Shown: positions 20,584 through 33,418, counted from the first letter of the stretch. The stretch: 64,000 nucleotides of DNA from Bdellovibrionota bacterium (GCA_050950765.1 JBMNIF010000002.1:608001-672000); one strand, 5' to 3'. Notes: generated by a model not told the origin, from the sequence alone. A program made the numbers and translations.

Positions 20584-20886
20584 CTCAAGCTCTGCAAGGT
20601 GCCTAAGGTCTAAATGAAAGGGGAGGGGGCGTATGCCAAAAGTAAAAAACGGCTGCTACGGTTGTTGCGGAAGGTTCTTTCGATACTTATCGCGACGCTC
20701 ACTCTCCTATTCTTAATAGATCGATCTAGTATCTTTATCTCGGTGTTTTTATAAAACTAAGAGGGTATTACGTTTTTAAAAATCCCCTCTTTTATTAAAC
20801 CAAGTTATTAAATAGTTTAAATGCAAAGTTTAAAAAGAGTTTAAAAAGAGAGACTAAACGTTTTAAGAAGATAAAAATAATCGTAA
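20581..20886 (+). repeat. 3' element of cassette 3
   Basis: Near-identical to 18778-19083. Confidence 0.93.
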
Positions 20887-20975
20887 GTAAAAAAGAAGAG
20901 AACTTTTCTATTGCCACTCACTTAAAAGCGCTTAACTAACATACGTAAAAGTAAAAAAAATTAGGTTAAAAGTAC

Positions 20976-21034
20976 AAAAAAACGGACTAAATCTTCCTAC
21001 TCTCTTTCTGAAGGGTGTTTTAGTCCGTTTTTTT
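20976..21034. terminator. Bidirectional terminator-like inverted repeat downstream of ilvE
   Basis: AAAAAAACGGACTAAA ... TTTAGTCCGTTTTTTT. Confidence 0.7.
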
Positions 21035-21085
21035 AGAGATATTTAAGTAAAAATATTTAATAAGACGTAGTAATTAATTTTTACA

Positions 21086-21988
21086 TCAATTTACGTACGC
21101 TAACCACTTCTGGTATTTCGGATTTTTACCGGAAGTTATTTCAGAGAAGCCCTCTTTAAACTTCGTTGTAATGGGACCGATCTTACCAGCACCTAAGATA
21201 TGATCATCAATAGATCGTATCGGTGTAATTTCAGCTGCCGTTCCGGAATAGAAAGCTTCGTCTGCCTTAAAGGCATCTTCTGGCAGAATCTCCCTCTCTT
21301 CAACAGCAATGCCCCAGTCGTTAGCTAACTGAATAACGGTGTCACGAGTAATGCCAGCTAAGATATTGCCTAATTTAGGGGTAAGAAGTTTGCCGTCTTT
21401 AACAATAAAAACATTCTCACCAGGACCTTCTGCTAAGAAGCCGTGCTCATCAAGAAGTAACCCTTCATGATATTTCGTTCCTTGCAACTCTTTTGCTGCT
21501 AACATACCGTTTACGTAGTGTCCTGCCACTTTAGCATCAGCTACTACCGCACGTGGGCTAAGTTTAATAAGGGATACGATCTTCACATCAACCATATCGT
21601 GCGGAAGATAAGCACCCCACGGCCAACACGAGATAGAGACATCAACAGGTGCACCTTGCGGGAAGACAGACATCACACCATAACCGTAATGCACCAACGG
21701 TCTGATATAACAAGCCTCGATATCGTTCTTTTTGAGCAGCTCTTTAGTCGCCGTCATGACCTCTTCTTTAGTATACGGAATTTTAAAGCCGAGTGCGTCG
21801 GCAGAGTAAAAGAGGCGGTCAATATGCTCCTTCAGTCGAAAGATAGCCCCACCATTAGGAGTTTTATAAGCACGAATGCCTTCAAAAACTGCGCTACCAT
21901 AATGAAGAGAATGCGAAACGATATGAATCTTTGCATCTTCCCATAAAACGAATTGCCCATTTAACCAGATATATTTTGTAGTTTCCAT
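21086..21988 (-). CDS. ilvE: Branched-chain amino acid aminotransferase
   Basis: HSLHYGSAVFEGIRAY, AKVAGHY, EGPGEN, LAGITR and GTAAEITP motifs. Confidence 0.96.
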   Translation of the reverse strand: METTKYIWLNGQFVLWEDAKIHIVSHSLHYGSAVFEGIRAYKTPNGGAIFRLKEHIDRLFYSADALGFKIPYTKEEVMTATKELLKKNDIEACYIRPLVHYGYGVMSVFPQGAPVDVSISCWPWGAYLPHDMVDVKIVSLIKLSPRAVVADAKVAGHYVNGMLAAKELQGTKYHEGLLLDEHGFLAEGPGENVFIVKDGKLLTPKLGNILAGITRDTVIQLANDWGIAVEEREILPEDAFKADEAFYSGTAAEITPIRSIDDHILGAGKIGPITTKFKEGFSEITSGKNPKYQKWLAYVN

Positions 21989-22277
21989 AACCTGAATTTA
22001 TCCTTATAAAAAAACAGCTGCAAGATAATTTTGCATAAGTAATCTTTTTTAACTTTTATATTTTTATACTAACTTATTATCTATACCGTAACCGTACATT
22101 AAGGAAAATCTCTTAGGCATCATCTGCACAGAAAAAGAGGGCGAAAATTGCAGATAATTATCTAAAATAATTTATATTTTTTACCTTTAAAAAAAATTAC
22201 ATTGTTTGCGGAAAATGAAGATTTTAGCTATACTGCAACAGTTTTGAGGTTCAACTTTTCCATGCTTAACCGTCTGA

Positions 22278-24821
<2,544 letters not shown>

Positions 24822-24832
24822 CTTCGAATTAT

Positions 24833-24950
24833 AGAGATCCGTGTGTAATGTAAAAAAGTTGCCAGAAAATTTAAAAAGGATCCATGCGCGAGGCAAAAAA
24901 ACGTTGCTACAAGACTTAAAAAGGATCTGTGTATAAGGTAAAAAATGTTA
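24833..24950. repeat. Degenerate tandem repeat, ~43-45 bp, ~3 copies, after gyrB
   Basis: GATC(C/T) anchors at 24836, 24879 and 24924, each followed by AAAAA-x-GTT. Confidence 0.6.
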
Positions 24951-25131
24951 AAAGAGGGGTTCTTTCTAACCATTTTTAATATTTTTATAGTTATATTAAA
25001 TAGTTGTAAATTAAGCGCTTAGCGCTCCCCGTTCTTAAGACCTTTGTGAATAAAAAAGCTCCAAAAGCTAAAGCAAATAGGAGATCGGGCGATAATCTTT
25101 ATATCAGTCATGTGGCATCCTTTAGCGAGTG

Positions 25132-25168
25132 AGGGTGATTGAGAGAACTTCTCAGTCGCCCTTTTTTT
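25132..25168 (+). terminator. Rho-independent terminator
   Basis: AGGGTGATTGAGAG-AAC-TTCTCAGTCGCCCT followed by a T-tract; G-U pairs define the + strand. Confidence 0.8.
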
Positions 25169-25362
25169 ATATAAACAGATATTGATTTTAATTTAGTTAA
25201 AGAAGCTTTTTATGTAGGCGCTTAGCGTCGCACACGTTTTCAACAACTTTAATACTTTTATAAAAATAACGTTTTTTAAAAGATCTTGATTTACACTTGA
25301 GAGGATTATTTTTAGAGTGCAGGTGATAAGTTTTATACGATCTGCACTACTATTATAACATT

Positions 25363-26244
25363 ATGAAAGAGTTCTTTTTTTGCCTTCTCCTCTCTTTATT
25401 ACCCGCAATATCTCTTGCAGAAGTTTCCACAATGAAAACCTTTGACTGTCAACAGATTATAAAAGAACCGTTTAAAGGGGGCGGATCTAGTCGTTGGAAC
25501 TACTGCGAGGGTGAGGCTAAAGGGGTTGTGGTGTTGGTGCACGGTTTAAACGTTAGTGTTACAGCTATGCAGGATCTGGCGTGCGCTATAAACGAGTTGG
25601 GGTATCATGTGCTCAGCCCTGTTTTAGCAGAAAGTGGTTCTGCGGAGAGTTGGATTGAAAGTGTCAAGAGGTCGTATTGTGCGGCAAAACTTAAGTTTCC
25701 TGACCTGCCAATTAATGGTGTTGGACACTCCGCAGGGGGAGCTTCTATCCTTGCTTTTATGGCTAAATATCAGAACCGTTATTTTGATGCAGTTGTTTTA
25801 CTGGCACCGGCGCTAAGCATCACGCGTGCTAGTTGGGTGGTGCGCCCCTTGACACCGTTACGTTATTTAGGTCTCTCCTTACCGAGTTTTTCACCGAAAA
25901 AACATAAGCGTAGCTCCTTTACTCCATTAGGAGCTTATAATGCACTCTTTGATCTGGCGAGTTCTCTGCAAGATCTTAAAAAAGGAAGTGCAGCCACCCT
26001 AGAAGGTTTTGCGAGCGCTCGAGGGGTTGTTTTAATCAGCCCTGCTGATGGCTTGGTGCGTTATAACGGTGTAAAAAGGTGGCTAAAGGAGCAAAATTTA
26101 AAGTGGCGTTTAGTTACTTTAAGACCGCAGCACACTAACGGCTTAATTGCAGATCACCTTCTTTTTGATAAAGAGACGATGGGTAAAAGTTGGGAAAAGA
26201 TGTTAAAAATCATGCAAGAAACTCTAACTTATTATAAAAGCTAA
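25363..26244 (+). CDS. Secreted alpha/beta hydrolase
   Basis: Signal peptide, VVLVHGL, nucleophile elbow GHSAGG, VLLAPA. Confidence 0.85.
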   Translation: MKEFFFCLLLSLLPAISLAEVSTMKTFDCQQIIKEPFKGGGSSRWNYCEGEAKGVVVLVHGLNVSVTAMQDLACAINELGYHVLSPVLAESGSAESWIESVKRSYCAAKLKFPDLPINGVGHSAGGASILAFMAKYQNRYFDAVVLLAPALSITRASWVVRPLTPLRYLGLSLPSFSPKKHKRSSFTPLGAYNALFDLASSLQDLKKGSAATLEGFASARGVVLISPADGLVRYNGVKRWLKEQNLKWRLVTLRPQHTNGLIADHLLFDKETMGKSWEKMLKIMQETLTYYKS

Positions 26245-26338
26245 AAAATAAGCGATTCCAACAGTTGCACCGCTTTCTTGCCTAGTTTATCTTCTAAGTT
26301 ACAAAAATCATACCCGATTTAAAATATAGGCTACGTTT

Positions 26339-29071
26339 ATGTTTAAAAAAATTCTTGAAAGTACCATTGGTACTGCAAATAGTCGTCGCATTAAATCGTT
26401 TCGCTCAACTGTTGCTCGTATCAATGCCTTAGAACCGAACTATAAAAAACTTTCTGATGATGAATTGAAGGGGCAGACCGTTCTTTTTAAGGAGAGGATT
26501 GCACAAGGAGAAACACTTGATTCTATCTTACCTGAAGCGTTTGCAGTGGTGCGTGAAGCAGCGGTTAGAACGTTGGGATTACGTCCTTTTGATGTGCAAC
26601 TGATCGGAGGTTTGGTTTTGCATCGCGGTATGATCGCCGAGATGAAAACAGGTGAAGGAAAAACACTTGTAGCCACCTTACCAGCTTACCTTAACTCTTT
26701 AACAGGAGAAGGTGTGCATATCGTAACGGTTAATGATTATTTAGCGCGGCGTGACTCCGAATGGATGGGGCAGGTTTATAACTTTTTAAATACCTCTGTT
26801 GGTGTGGTTTATTCCGGAATGCCGGAACAGGCTAAAAAAGAAGCGTATAAAAGTGATATCACTTACGGACAGAACAACGAGTTCGGTTTCGATTATCTCC
26901 GAGATAATATGAAGTACTCGCCTGAAAGTTTGATGCAGCGCGGTCATGCTTACGCTATTGTGGACGAGGTTGATTCTATCTTAATTGATGAAGCAAGAAC
27001 GCCGTTGATTATATCAGGTCCAGCAGAAGATTCCTCAGAGTTGTATTATACGGTAGATAAAATGGTGCCGTTTTTACAAGAGGGCGCTGATTATGAGATT
27101 GAATTACGTACAAAACAACCGACTTTAACAGAGGGCGGTATAGCGCATGCTGAAAAACTGTTAAAGGTTGATAACCTTTACGATCCGAAAAATATCGAAC
27201 TTATTCACCATATCAATCAAGCTTTAAAAGCGCATAAAGCGATGGAGCGTGATGTTGATTACGTTGTAAAAGATGGTCAAATTATTATCGTGGATGATTT
27301 CACGGGGCGTTTGATGCCAGGTCGACGTTGGTCTGATGGTTTGCATCAAGCTATTGAAGCAAAAGAAAAATTACATATTGAGGAAGAGACTCAAACGCTT
27401 GCTACAATTACCTTTCAAAACCTCTTTAGGATGTATAAAAAACTTTCTGGTATGACGGGTACTGCTGTAACGGAAGCTGCTGAGTTTAAGGAAATTTATA
27501 AACTTGATGTTGTAGTGATCCCGACTAATCGACCGATGATTAGAGATGATCAATCTGATGTAGTCTTTCGTACCAGAAGGGAAAAGTATCAAGCTTTAGC
27601 AGAGGACGTTATAAAAGTTGCTAAAACGGGGCAGCCTATCTTAGTTGGAACTATCAGTATTGAGCAGAGTGAAACGATCTCAAATTACCTTCGTCAAAAA
27701 GGAATTCCCCACAATGTCCTAAACGCTAAACAACATGAGAGGGAGGCTGAGATCGTAGCACAAGCGGGACGTTTAAACGCTATTACCATTGCAACCAATA
27801 TGGCAGGACGTGGTACTGATATTATGTTGGGAGGTAATCCGAAGGGATTAGCTATCGTTGCTGCTGGAACTAAGGATGTAACAGACCCTGCTTATATCGA
27901 AGCTTATGAGAAATACGCTGAAGTTTGTAAGTTGGAAAAAGAGCGCGTTATTGCAGCAGGTGGTTTGTTTATCATGGGCACGGAGCGTCACGAATCAAGG
28001 CGCATCGATAATCAGTTAAGGGGACGTTCTGGAAGACAAGGCGATCCAGGCGTTTCACGTTTCTATGTCTCTCTTGAAGACGATCTGATGAAGCGCTTCG
28101 GAGGAGATAAGATTAAAGATATGATGAAGCGTTTAGGTTGGGATGAGGGGATTGATATCGGTGGTAAGATGATCAGCAAATCCATCGAAAATGCCCAGAA
28201 AAAAGTGGAACGCTTCCATTTCGAAAATAGAAAACACGTCACGGAGTACGATGATGTTTTAAATAAACAACGTCAAGTCGTCTACAATATGCGTAACAGA
28301 GTGCTCTTCCGTGACAAGATTGAAGATGAAGTTTTAACCATGATTGACGACCTCTTGGAAACAAATATCAATGCTGTTTGTGAAGTGCATCAACGTCCGC
28401 AAAATTGGGATATTGAAAAACTAAAAGAGACCTTTCAATTTCTCTTTAATGGACCAACCGATCTTGATAGTACAAATCCAGATCCGCAGGAGATCTTTAA
28501 TCAATTAAGAAAAGAAGCACGTCTACTTTATGATGTTATTAAAGAGAAGCATCAGAAAGTTTTAGATTCGTTACAAGAAACCTACACACAAGACGGAGAA
28601 AAATCATTTTTAATGACACAAGGTGGTTTAAAGGAATACGATTTTCAATTCACAACCTTTTTGCAAGACACCATCCTTGAGCGTTTAGATCATTACTGGA
28701 ATATGCACTTACAGGGCATGGATAATGTCAGAGATACTATCGGGCTAAGGGGGTATGCACAGCAAAATCCGTTGTATGAGTATCAGAAAGAGGGGTTTCT
28801 GTTATTTTCTCAGATGATGGACGGTATGAGGCAAGCCATTATCAGACGCATTTTTTATTCTGAAGCGGCGTTAGAAAATCTCAAAAATAGTTTCGAAGCA
28901 GAGCGTGCACGTAGAGAGGCTGTGGCGGAACAGATGAACTTATCGCAAGAGACAGAAGAAGATTCAAGCGGTGTGATGGAGTTTCATGATACTGCTGTTG
29001 GAGATCCAGCAGCGCAACGTCTTAGACTTGAAGCACAACGTAAGGCGAGAAGAAAGATGAGGAAGAAGTGA
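26339..29071 (+). CDS. secA: Preprotein translocase subunit SecA
   Basis: AEMKTGEGKT, VDEVDSILIDEARTPLIISG, ATNMAGRGTD and DNQLRGRSGRQGDPG motifs. Confidence 0.99.
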   Translation: MFKKILESTIGTANSRRIKSFRSTVARINALEPNYKKLSDDELKGQTVLFKERIAQGETLDSILPEAFAVVREAAVRTLGLRPFDVQLIGGLVLHRGMIAEMKTGEGKTLVATLPAYLNSLTGEGVHIVTVNDYLARRDSEWMGQVYNFLNTSVGVVYSGMPEQAKKEAYKSDITYGQNNEFGFDYLRDNMKYSPESLMQRGHAYAIVDEVDSILIDEARTPLIISGPAEDSSELYYTVDKMVPFLQEGADYEIELRTKQPTLTEGGIAHAEKLLKVDNLYDPKNIELIHHINQALKAHKAMERDVDYVVKDGQIIIVDDFTGRLMPGRRWSDGLHQAIEAKEKLHIEEETQTLATITFQNLFRMYKKLSGMTGTAVTEAAEFKEIYKLDVVVIPTNRPMIRDDQSDVVFRTRREKYQALAEDVIKVAKTGQPILVGTISIEQSETISNYLRQKGIPHNVLNAKQHEREAEIVAQAGRLNAITIATNMAGRGTDIMLGGNPKGLAIVAAGTKDVTDPAYIEAYEKYAEVCKLEKERVIAAGGLFIMGTERHESRRIDNQLRGRSGRQGDPGVSRFYVSLEDDLMKRFGGDKIKDMMKRLGWDEGIDIGGKMISKSIENAQKKVERFHFENRKHVTEYDDVLNKQRQVVYNMRNRVLFRDKIEDEVLTMIDDLLETNINAVCEVHQRPQNWDIEKLKETFQFLFNGPTDLDSTNPDPQEIFNQLRKEARLLYDVIKEKHQKVLDSLQETYTQDGEKSFLMTQGGLKEYDFQFTTFLQDTILERLDHYWNMHLQGMDNVRDTIGLRGYAQQNPLYEYQKEGFLLFSQMMDGMRQAIIRRIFYSEAALENLKNSFEAERARREAVAEQMNLSQETEEDSSGVMEFHDTAVGDPAAQRLRLEAQRKARRKMRKK

Positions 29072-29121
29072 TTTTTTTTGGTCGGATTAAAAGCCTCAAT
29101 TAAAGATAGGGAGAAGTAAAA

Positions 29122-30852
29122 ATGAAAGTTGCTGCATTACTGGGAGAGTGTTTTAAGGAAGTTTCCGCTGATTTTCAGATTAAAAGTCATGAGTTTATGG
29201 TGCGTGGTGCATATCTGAAACAGCTCAGTAACGGCATCTACTCTCTGTATCTTCCAGCTAAAAGAATCGTTAATAAGATTGAAAATATTATCCGTGAAGA
29301 GATGGATAAGATCGATGGTCAGGAGGTGCTTTTTCCCGTAGTGATGCCCGCTTCTCTTTGGCAGGAATCAGGAAGGTATTTCAGCATCGGAAGTGAGATG
29401 GCGCGTTTTAAAGACCGTTCTGGAAACGAGATGGTGCTCGGCATGACGCATGAGGAGGCGGCTGTGCATTTAGCAAAAGGTGCGGCACAATCTTATGCTA
29501 ATTACCCTTTTATGATCTATCAGATTCAGACTAAGTTTCGTGATGAGCCCCGTTCTAGAGGTGGGCTAATTAGGGTGCGTGAGTTTACGATGAAAGATGC
29601 CTATTCTTTTCATACTTCGCAGGAAGATCTCTGCGCATATTATGATCGTTGTCATAAAGCTTATGAAAAGATCTTTGCACGCGTTGGTGTGCCTGAGGTG
29701 GTCTCCGTTAAATCTGATTCGGGTATGATGGGTGGAAAAGTTGCGCATGAGTTTATGCTTTTGACTGAGATCGGAGAAGATTCGATTGTCTTGTGTGATG
29801 CCTGTAACTACCGTTCCAACATGGAAGTAGCAGAGTGTATTATTCAAAATGAGGCGACACCTGAAAAGCCGTTGGAAAAAGTGCATACCCCAGATCTGAA
29901 AACGATAGATGATCTCTGTAAGTTTTTTAAAATTACCCCTCAAGATACGTGTAAAGCAGTGGTGTATCAGAAAAACCTAACAGATGAGTGTGTGGTGATT
30001 TTTCTTAGGGGTGATCTGGATGTAAATGAAACGAAGCTGCGTAACTTTCTCGGTGAAGAGATTCATGCAGCGCAGCACCTTACCCCTGAAAGTTGCGATC
30101 TGACACTTGGTTTTATCGGTGCCGTTAATTTAAATACAAAAGCAACCGTGCTCTATGATCAATCTCTTAAAGGAGCAACAAACCTAGTGTGCGGTGCTAA
30201 TGAAGAGGACTACCATTATAGCGGTTTTTCAGTAGCGCGTGACCTTAAAGGTGAGAATGTGCAGTTTCACGATTTTGCTAAAACATTTACAGGTGCAACC
30301 TGCCCCGTTTGCGGCAAGAAGAGTATTAAGATTAAACGTGGCATTGAAGTCGGTAATATCTTTCAACTCGGTACTAAATATACTGAATCGATGGAGATGA
30401 AGTATGTTGATAAAGACGGTAATTTGCATTATCCGATTATGGGTTGTTACGGGATCGGAGTGGGGCGTTTAATGGCATCTGTCTGTGAGGTGCGGCACGA
30501 TGATTTTGGACCGATCTGGCCGATCTCCATTGCGCCGTGGCAAGTTCAGATCTGCGCCTTGCGTATTAACGATGAAGAGGTACGACACGCTGCTGATAAA
30601 CTTTATCAGGAGCTACTTGAAAAAGGTGTTGAGGTTTTATTTGATGACCGTAATGTTACAGCCGGTGTGATGTTTTCAGAAGCCGATCTGTTAGGGGTGC
30701 CGCTAAGGGTGGTTGTTAGCCCTAAAACTTGCGCTAAAGGGTGCGTGGAGTTTTTGGCGCGTGATAAATCGTTTTCTGAATTTTTACCGTATGCAGAGGC
30801 AGTAGATAAGATCCGTCAAACTATCTCTACTACCTTAGAGAAGTATCTGTAA
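29122..30852 (+). CDS. proS: Proline--tRNA ligase
   Basis: THEEAA, KFRDEPRSRGGLIRVREFTMKDAYSFH and MGCYGIGVGR; contains the editing insertion. Confidence 0.98.
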   Translation: MKVAALLGECFKEVSADFQIKSHEFMVRGAYLKQLSNGIYSLYLPAKRIVNKIENIIREEMDKIDGQEVLFPVVMPASLWQESGRYFSIGSEMARFKDRSGNEMVLGMTHEEAAVHLAKGAAQSYANYPFMIYQIQTKFRDEPRSRGGLIRVREFTMKDAYSFHTSQEDLCAYYDRCHKAYEKIFARVGVPEVVSVKSDSGMMGGKVAHEFMLLTEIGEDSIVLCDACNYRSNMEVAECIIQNEATPEKPLEKVHTPDLKTIDDLCKFFKITPQDTCKAVVYQKNLTDECVVIFLRGDLDVNETKLRNFLGEEIHAAQHLTPESCDLTLGFIGAVNLNTKATVLYDQSLKGATNLVCGANEEDYHYSGFSVARDLKGENVQFHDFAKTFTGATCPVCGKKSIKIKRGIEVGNIFQLGTKYTESMEMKYVDKDGNLHYPIMGCYGIGVGRLMASVCEVRHDDFGPIWPISIAPWQVQICALRINDEEVRHAADKLYQELLEKGVEVLFDDRNVTAGVMFSEADLLGVPLRVVVSPKTCAKGCVEFLARDKSFSEFLPYAEAVDKIRQTISTTLEKYL

Positions 30853-30856
30853 TACA

Positions 30857-32011
30857 ATGTTCTCTCTTTATCTGCATATTCCGTACTGCTTAAAAAAATG
30901 TCGTTATTGTAATTTTAATAGTGTAGCGCAGTGTGTTGTACCAGAGGAGGAGTATTGTGCAGCGCTTCTGGCAGAGCTGAAAGCACATGCAGAAACTCCT
31001 TTATGGAGAGGACGTGCAATACGTACGATCTATTTCGGTGGTGGCACACCCTCTATCTTTTCCGGTGCGGCTATTTATCACTTAATGCAGGAGGTTGCCA
31101 AAGTTTTTGATACTTCAAAAGTTGAAGAGATAACGTTGGAAGCAAATCCAGCAACTTTGACTACGGAAAAATTGCAATACTATAAAGCTTTCAATTTAAA
31201 TAGACTCAGTCTCGGGGTGCAAAGTTTAAATCAGGAAACATTAGCAACTTTAGGTAGGGTGCATACCGTTTCAGAAACGTTAGAAGCGCTAGCGTTGTGT
31301 AAAGAAAACGGCATTGATAATCTTTCGTTGGATCTGATTTATGGTGTTCCAAGACAGAGTGTTCCTGATCTTAAAAGAGATATAGCAGCTTTAACAACGC
31401 TCCAACCTAAACATATTTCCGCTTATTGCTTATCGATTGAAGAGGGCACTCCACTCTTTGGAATGGTTAAAAGTGGAGAATTAAAACCTCTTCAGGAAGA
31501 AATAGTTGCAGAGATGATGGTGTCTGTGATGACAGATCTTGAGGAAAAAGGGTATCAACACTACGAGATCAGTAATTTTGCCGTGCAAGGCTATCACTCT
31601 AAACATAATAGCGCTTACTGGGATGGTAGTGATTACCTCGGACTTGGTGCAGGGGCGCATTCTTTTAATGCAGCTGTAAAGCCTTTCGGGAGAAGATGGT
31701 CAAACCTCTCTTCACCTGAAAGGTATCTGGCAGCAGCGCACGACCTCACAAAAGTACAAGACTTTTCAGAAACTTTAACGGAACGAGACGCTCTAAATGA
31801 ATTTTTTATGTTGGGGCTACGACGTAAGGTAGGCTTTTCCGTAACTACCTTTGAGGAGCGTTTTAAACGCTCTTTTTCTACTCTTTATGGTGCTACAACT
31901 GAAGCGCTCTTTTTAAAAGGCTTACTTGAAAAAAAAGATAACAACATAAAACTTACAAAAGAGGGAGTTCTTCTAGCTGATGAAGTGATCGAATCTTTTA
32001 TCCGAACCTAA
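30857..32011 (+). CDS. hemW: Radical SAM heme chaperone HemW (HemN-like)
   Basis: LYLHIPYCLKKCRYCNF, YFGGGTPS, YEISNF and HNSAYW motifs. Confidence 0.9.
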   Translation: MFSLYLHIPYCLKKCRYCNFNSVAQCVVPEEEYCAALLAELKAHAETPLWRGRAIRTIYFGGGTPSIFSGAAIYHLMQEVAKVFDTSKVEEITLEANPATLTTEKLQYYKAFNLNRLSLGVQSLNQETLATLGRVHTVSETLEALALCKENGIDNLSLDLIYGVPRQSVPDLKRDIAALTTLQPKHISAYCLSIEEGTPLFGMVKSGELKPLQEEIVAEMMVSVMTDLEEKGYQHYEISNFAVQGYHSKHNSAYWDGSDYLGLGAGAHSFNAAVKPFGRRWSNLSSPERYLAAAHDLTKVQDFSETLTERDALNEFFMLGLRRKVGFSVTTFEERFKRSFSTLYGATTEALFLKGLLEKKDNNIKLTKEGVLLADEVIESFIRT

Positions 32012-32057
32012 CGAATCATCTGCATTAAAAACAGATAATAGAGACGATTCGTTAGGT
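32006..32057. terminator. Inverted repeat between convergent hemW and the M42 peptidase gene
   Basis: ACCTAACGAATC ... GATTCGTTAGGT. Confidence 0.55.
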
Positions 32058-32068
32058 ATTTACAGTTA

Positions 32069-33136
32069 TTAAACAGGTTTAAAGCTGGTGCTTGGCTTAA
32101 TGCTTTTAACAAAAGCCGCCACTAATTTTGCAGCGTTCTCCATATCTTTTAAGCTACAAACTTCAACTTGTGTGTGCATATAGCGGTTTGGTATCTGAAC
32201 ACTACCCGCTGCTACACCACTCCGTGAAATCTGCAATGCTGCTGAATCGTTGCAAATAATCCTACCCGTCGGTGTTAATTGATATGGGCACTTAGCGTTT
32301 TCAGCAGCTTGAACCAACATCTTATCAACGATAGGATTTGAAGTTGGACCACATCCGAAAGCAGGTCCAGCACCTAATTTGCACTCTGCCATTTTTTTAT
32401 CTCCGATACCAGGATTATCTGTGGCAAACGTTACATCAACTGCGATTCCCACTTCAGGATCTATACCGAAAGCTGAAGTGCGAGCTCCACGCAAGCCGAC
32501 CTCCTCTTGGACGGTGCTGACAGCATAAAGTGCTACGTTAAGCTTTGATTTTGCACATAAACGTAGAGCCTCCATCACCACAAAGACTCCAGATTTATCA
32601 TCTAGCCCAGGGCTACAAATTAAGCCGTTGCACAATTCTGTAACACCGAGCTTGACGGTGCCATGGTCTCCGAGTGTGACGTATTTTTCAGCATCTTTTC
32701 TATTTTTTGCACCGATATCAACCCATAGATCTTCAAAAGTAATTTTACCTTGTCCACGCTCTTCCTGCTTCTGTAAGTGAATCGGTTTGCGTCCGATCAC
32801 ACCTGCGATCTCGCCCTTCTTTTCTGTATAGATTGTAACTTGCGAGCCAGGAAGAACAACCGGATCGTAGCCACCTAACTGTTCAATATAAAGATAGCCA
32901 TCGTCAGAGATAAACTTAACCAAGAAACCTAACTGATCGCAGTGTCCTGCTAACATCACTTTACGCTCAGCTTTAGTATTGATTCCGACTATCAGATTGC
33001 CGTGTAAATCAGTTTCAATGATATCGGCATACGGCTCCATCCGATTTTTTATAACTTTTTGAACTTTCTGTTCAAAACCTGTTGGTGAGGGTGTTGTTAA
33101 AAGGTCATATAAAAATTGTTTCGATGTCTGTTCCAT
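32069..33136 (-). CDS. M42 family metallopeptidase
   Basis: AGHCDQLG, GLDDKSG, TVQEEVGLRGA, AVDVT and RYMHT motifs. Confidence 0.93.
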   Translation of the reverse strand: MEQTSKQFLYDLLTTPSPTGFEQKVQKVIKNRMEPYADIIETDLHGNLIVGINTKAERKVMLAGHCDQLGFLVKFISDDGYLYIEQLGGYDPVVLPGSQVTIYTEKKGEIAGVIGRKPIHLQKQEERGQGKITFEDLWVDIGAKNRKDAEKYVTLGDHGTVKLGVTELCNGLICSPGLDDKSGVFVVMEALRLCAKSKLNVALYAVSTVQEEVGLRGARTSAFGIDPEVGIAVDVTFATDNPGIGDKKMAECKLGAGPAFGCGPTSNPIVDKMLVQAAENAKCPYQLTPTGRIICNDSAALQISRSGVAAGSVQIPNRYMHTQVEVCSLKDMENAAKLVAAFVKSIKPSTSFKPV

Positions 33137-33418
33137 AAAAGATCCATTAAATAAAAGACGTAACGTTATTTTTTATACCTTTAGAAGTAGAGCAACTTCG
33201 TTAGTAAAAATTACTTAAAGTAAAAAACATTACTATCATATAAGAGAGACCTTACAGCAGATCGGAATGTCAAACAATGTAATTTTTTCTACACCTAGCT
33301 TTACTTTTTCTAAAGTGAATCAAAGTTAAGATAAGCAGTAGGTTAAAATGCTAAACAATGTAATTTTTCCTATCCCCAATTCTCTTTTTTGAAGTTAATT
33401 AAAGATTTTAAGATAAAA

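Noticed and set aside
17265..20886. Classical integron cassette array, complete DGR, retron or type III TA locus
   Set aside because: No intI, RT or ToxN-like gene recognised; no clear RYYYAAC…GTTRRRY attC; no template/variable repeat pair differing only at A; no tandem antitoxin repeats. Trans-acting versions cannot be excluded from this window
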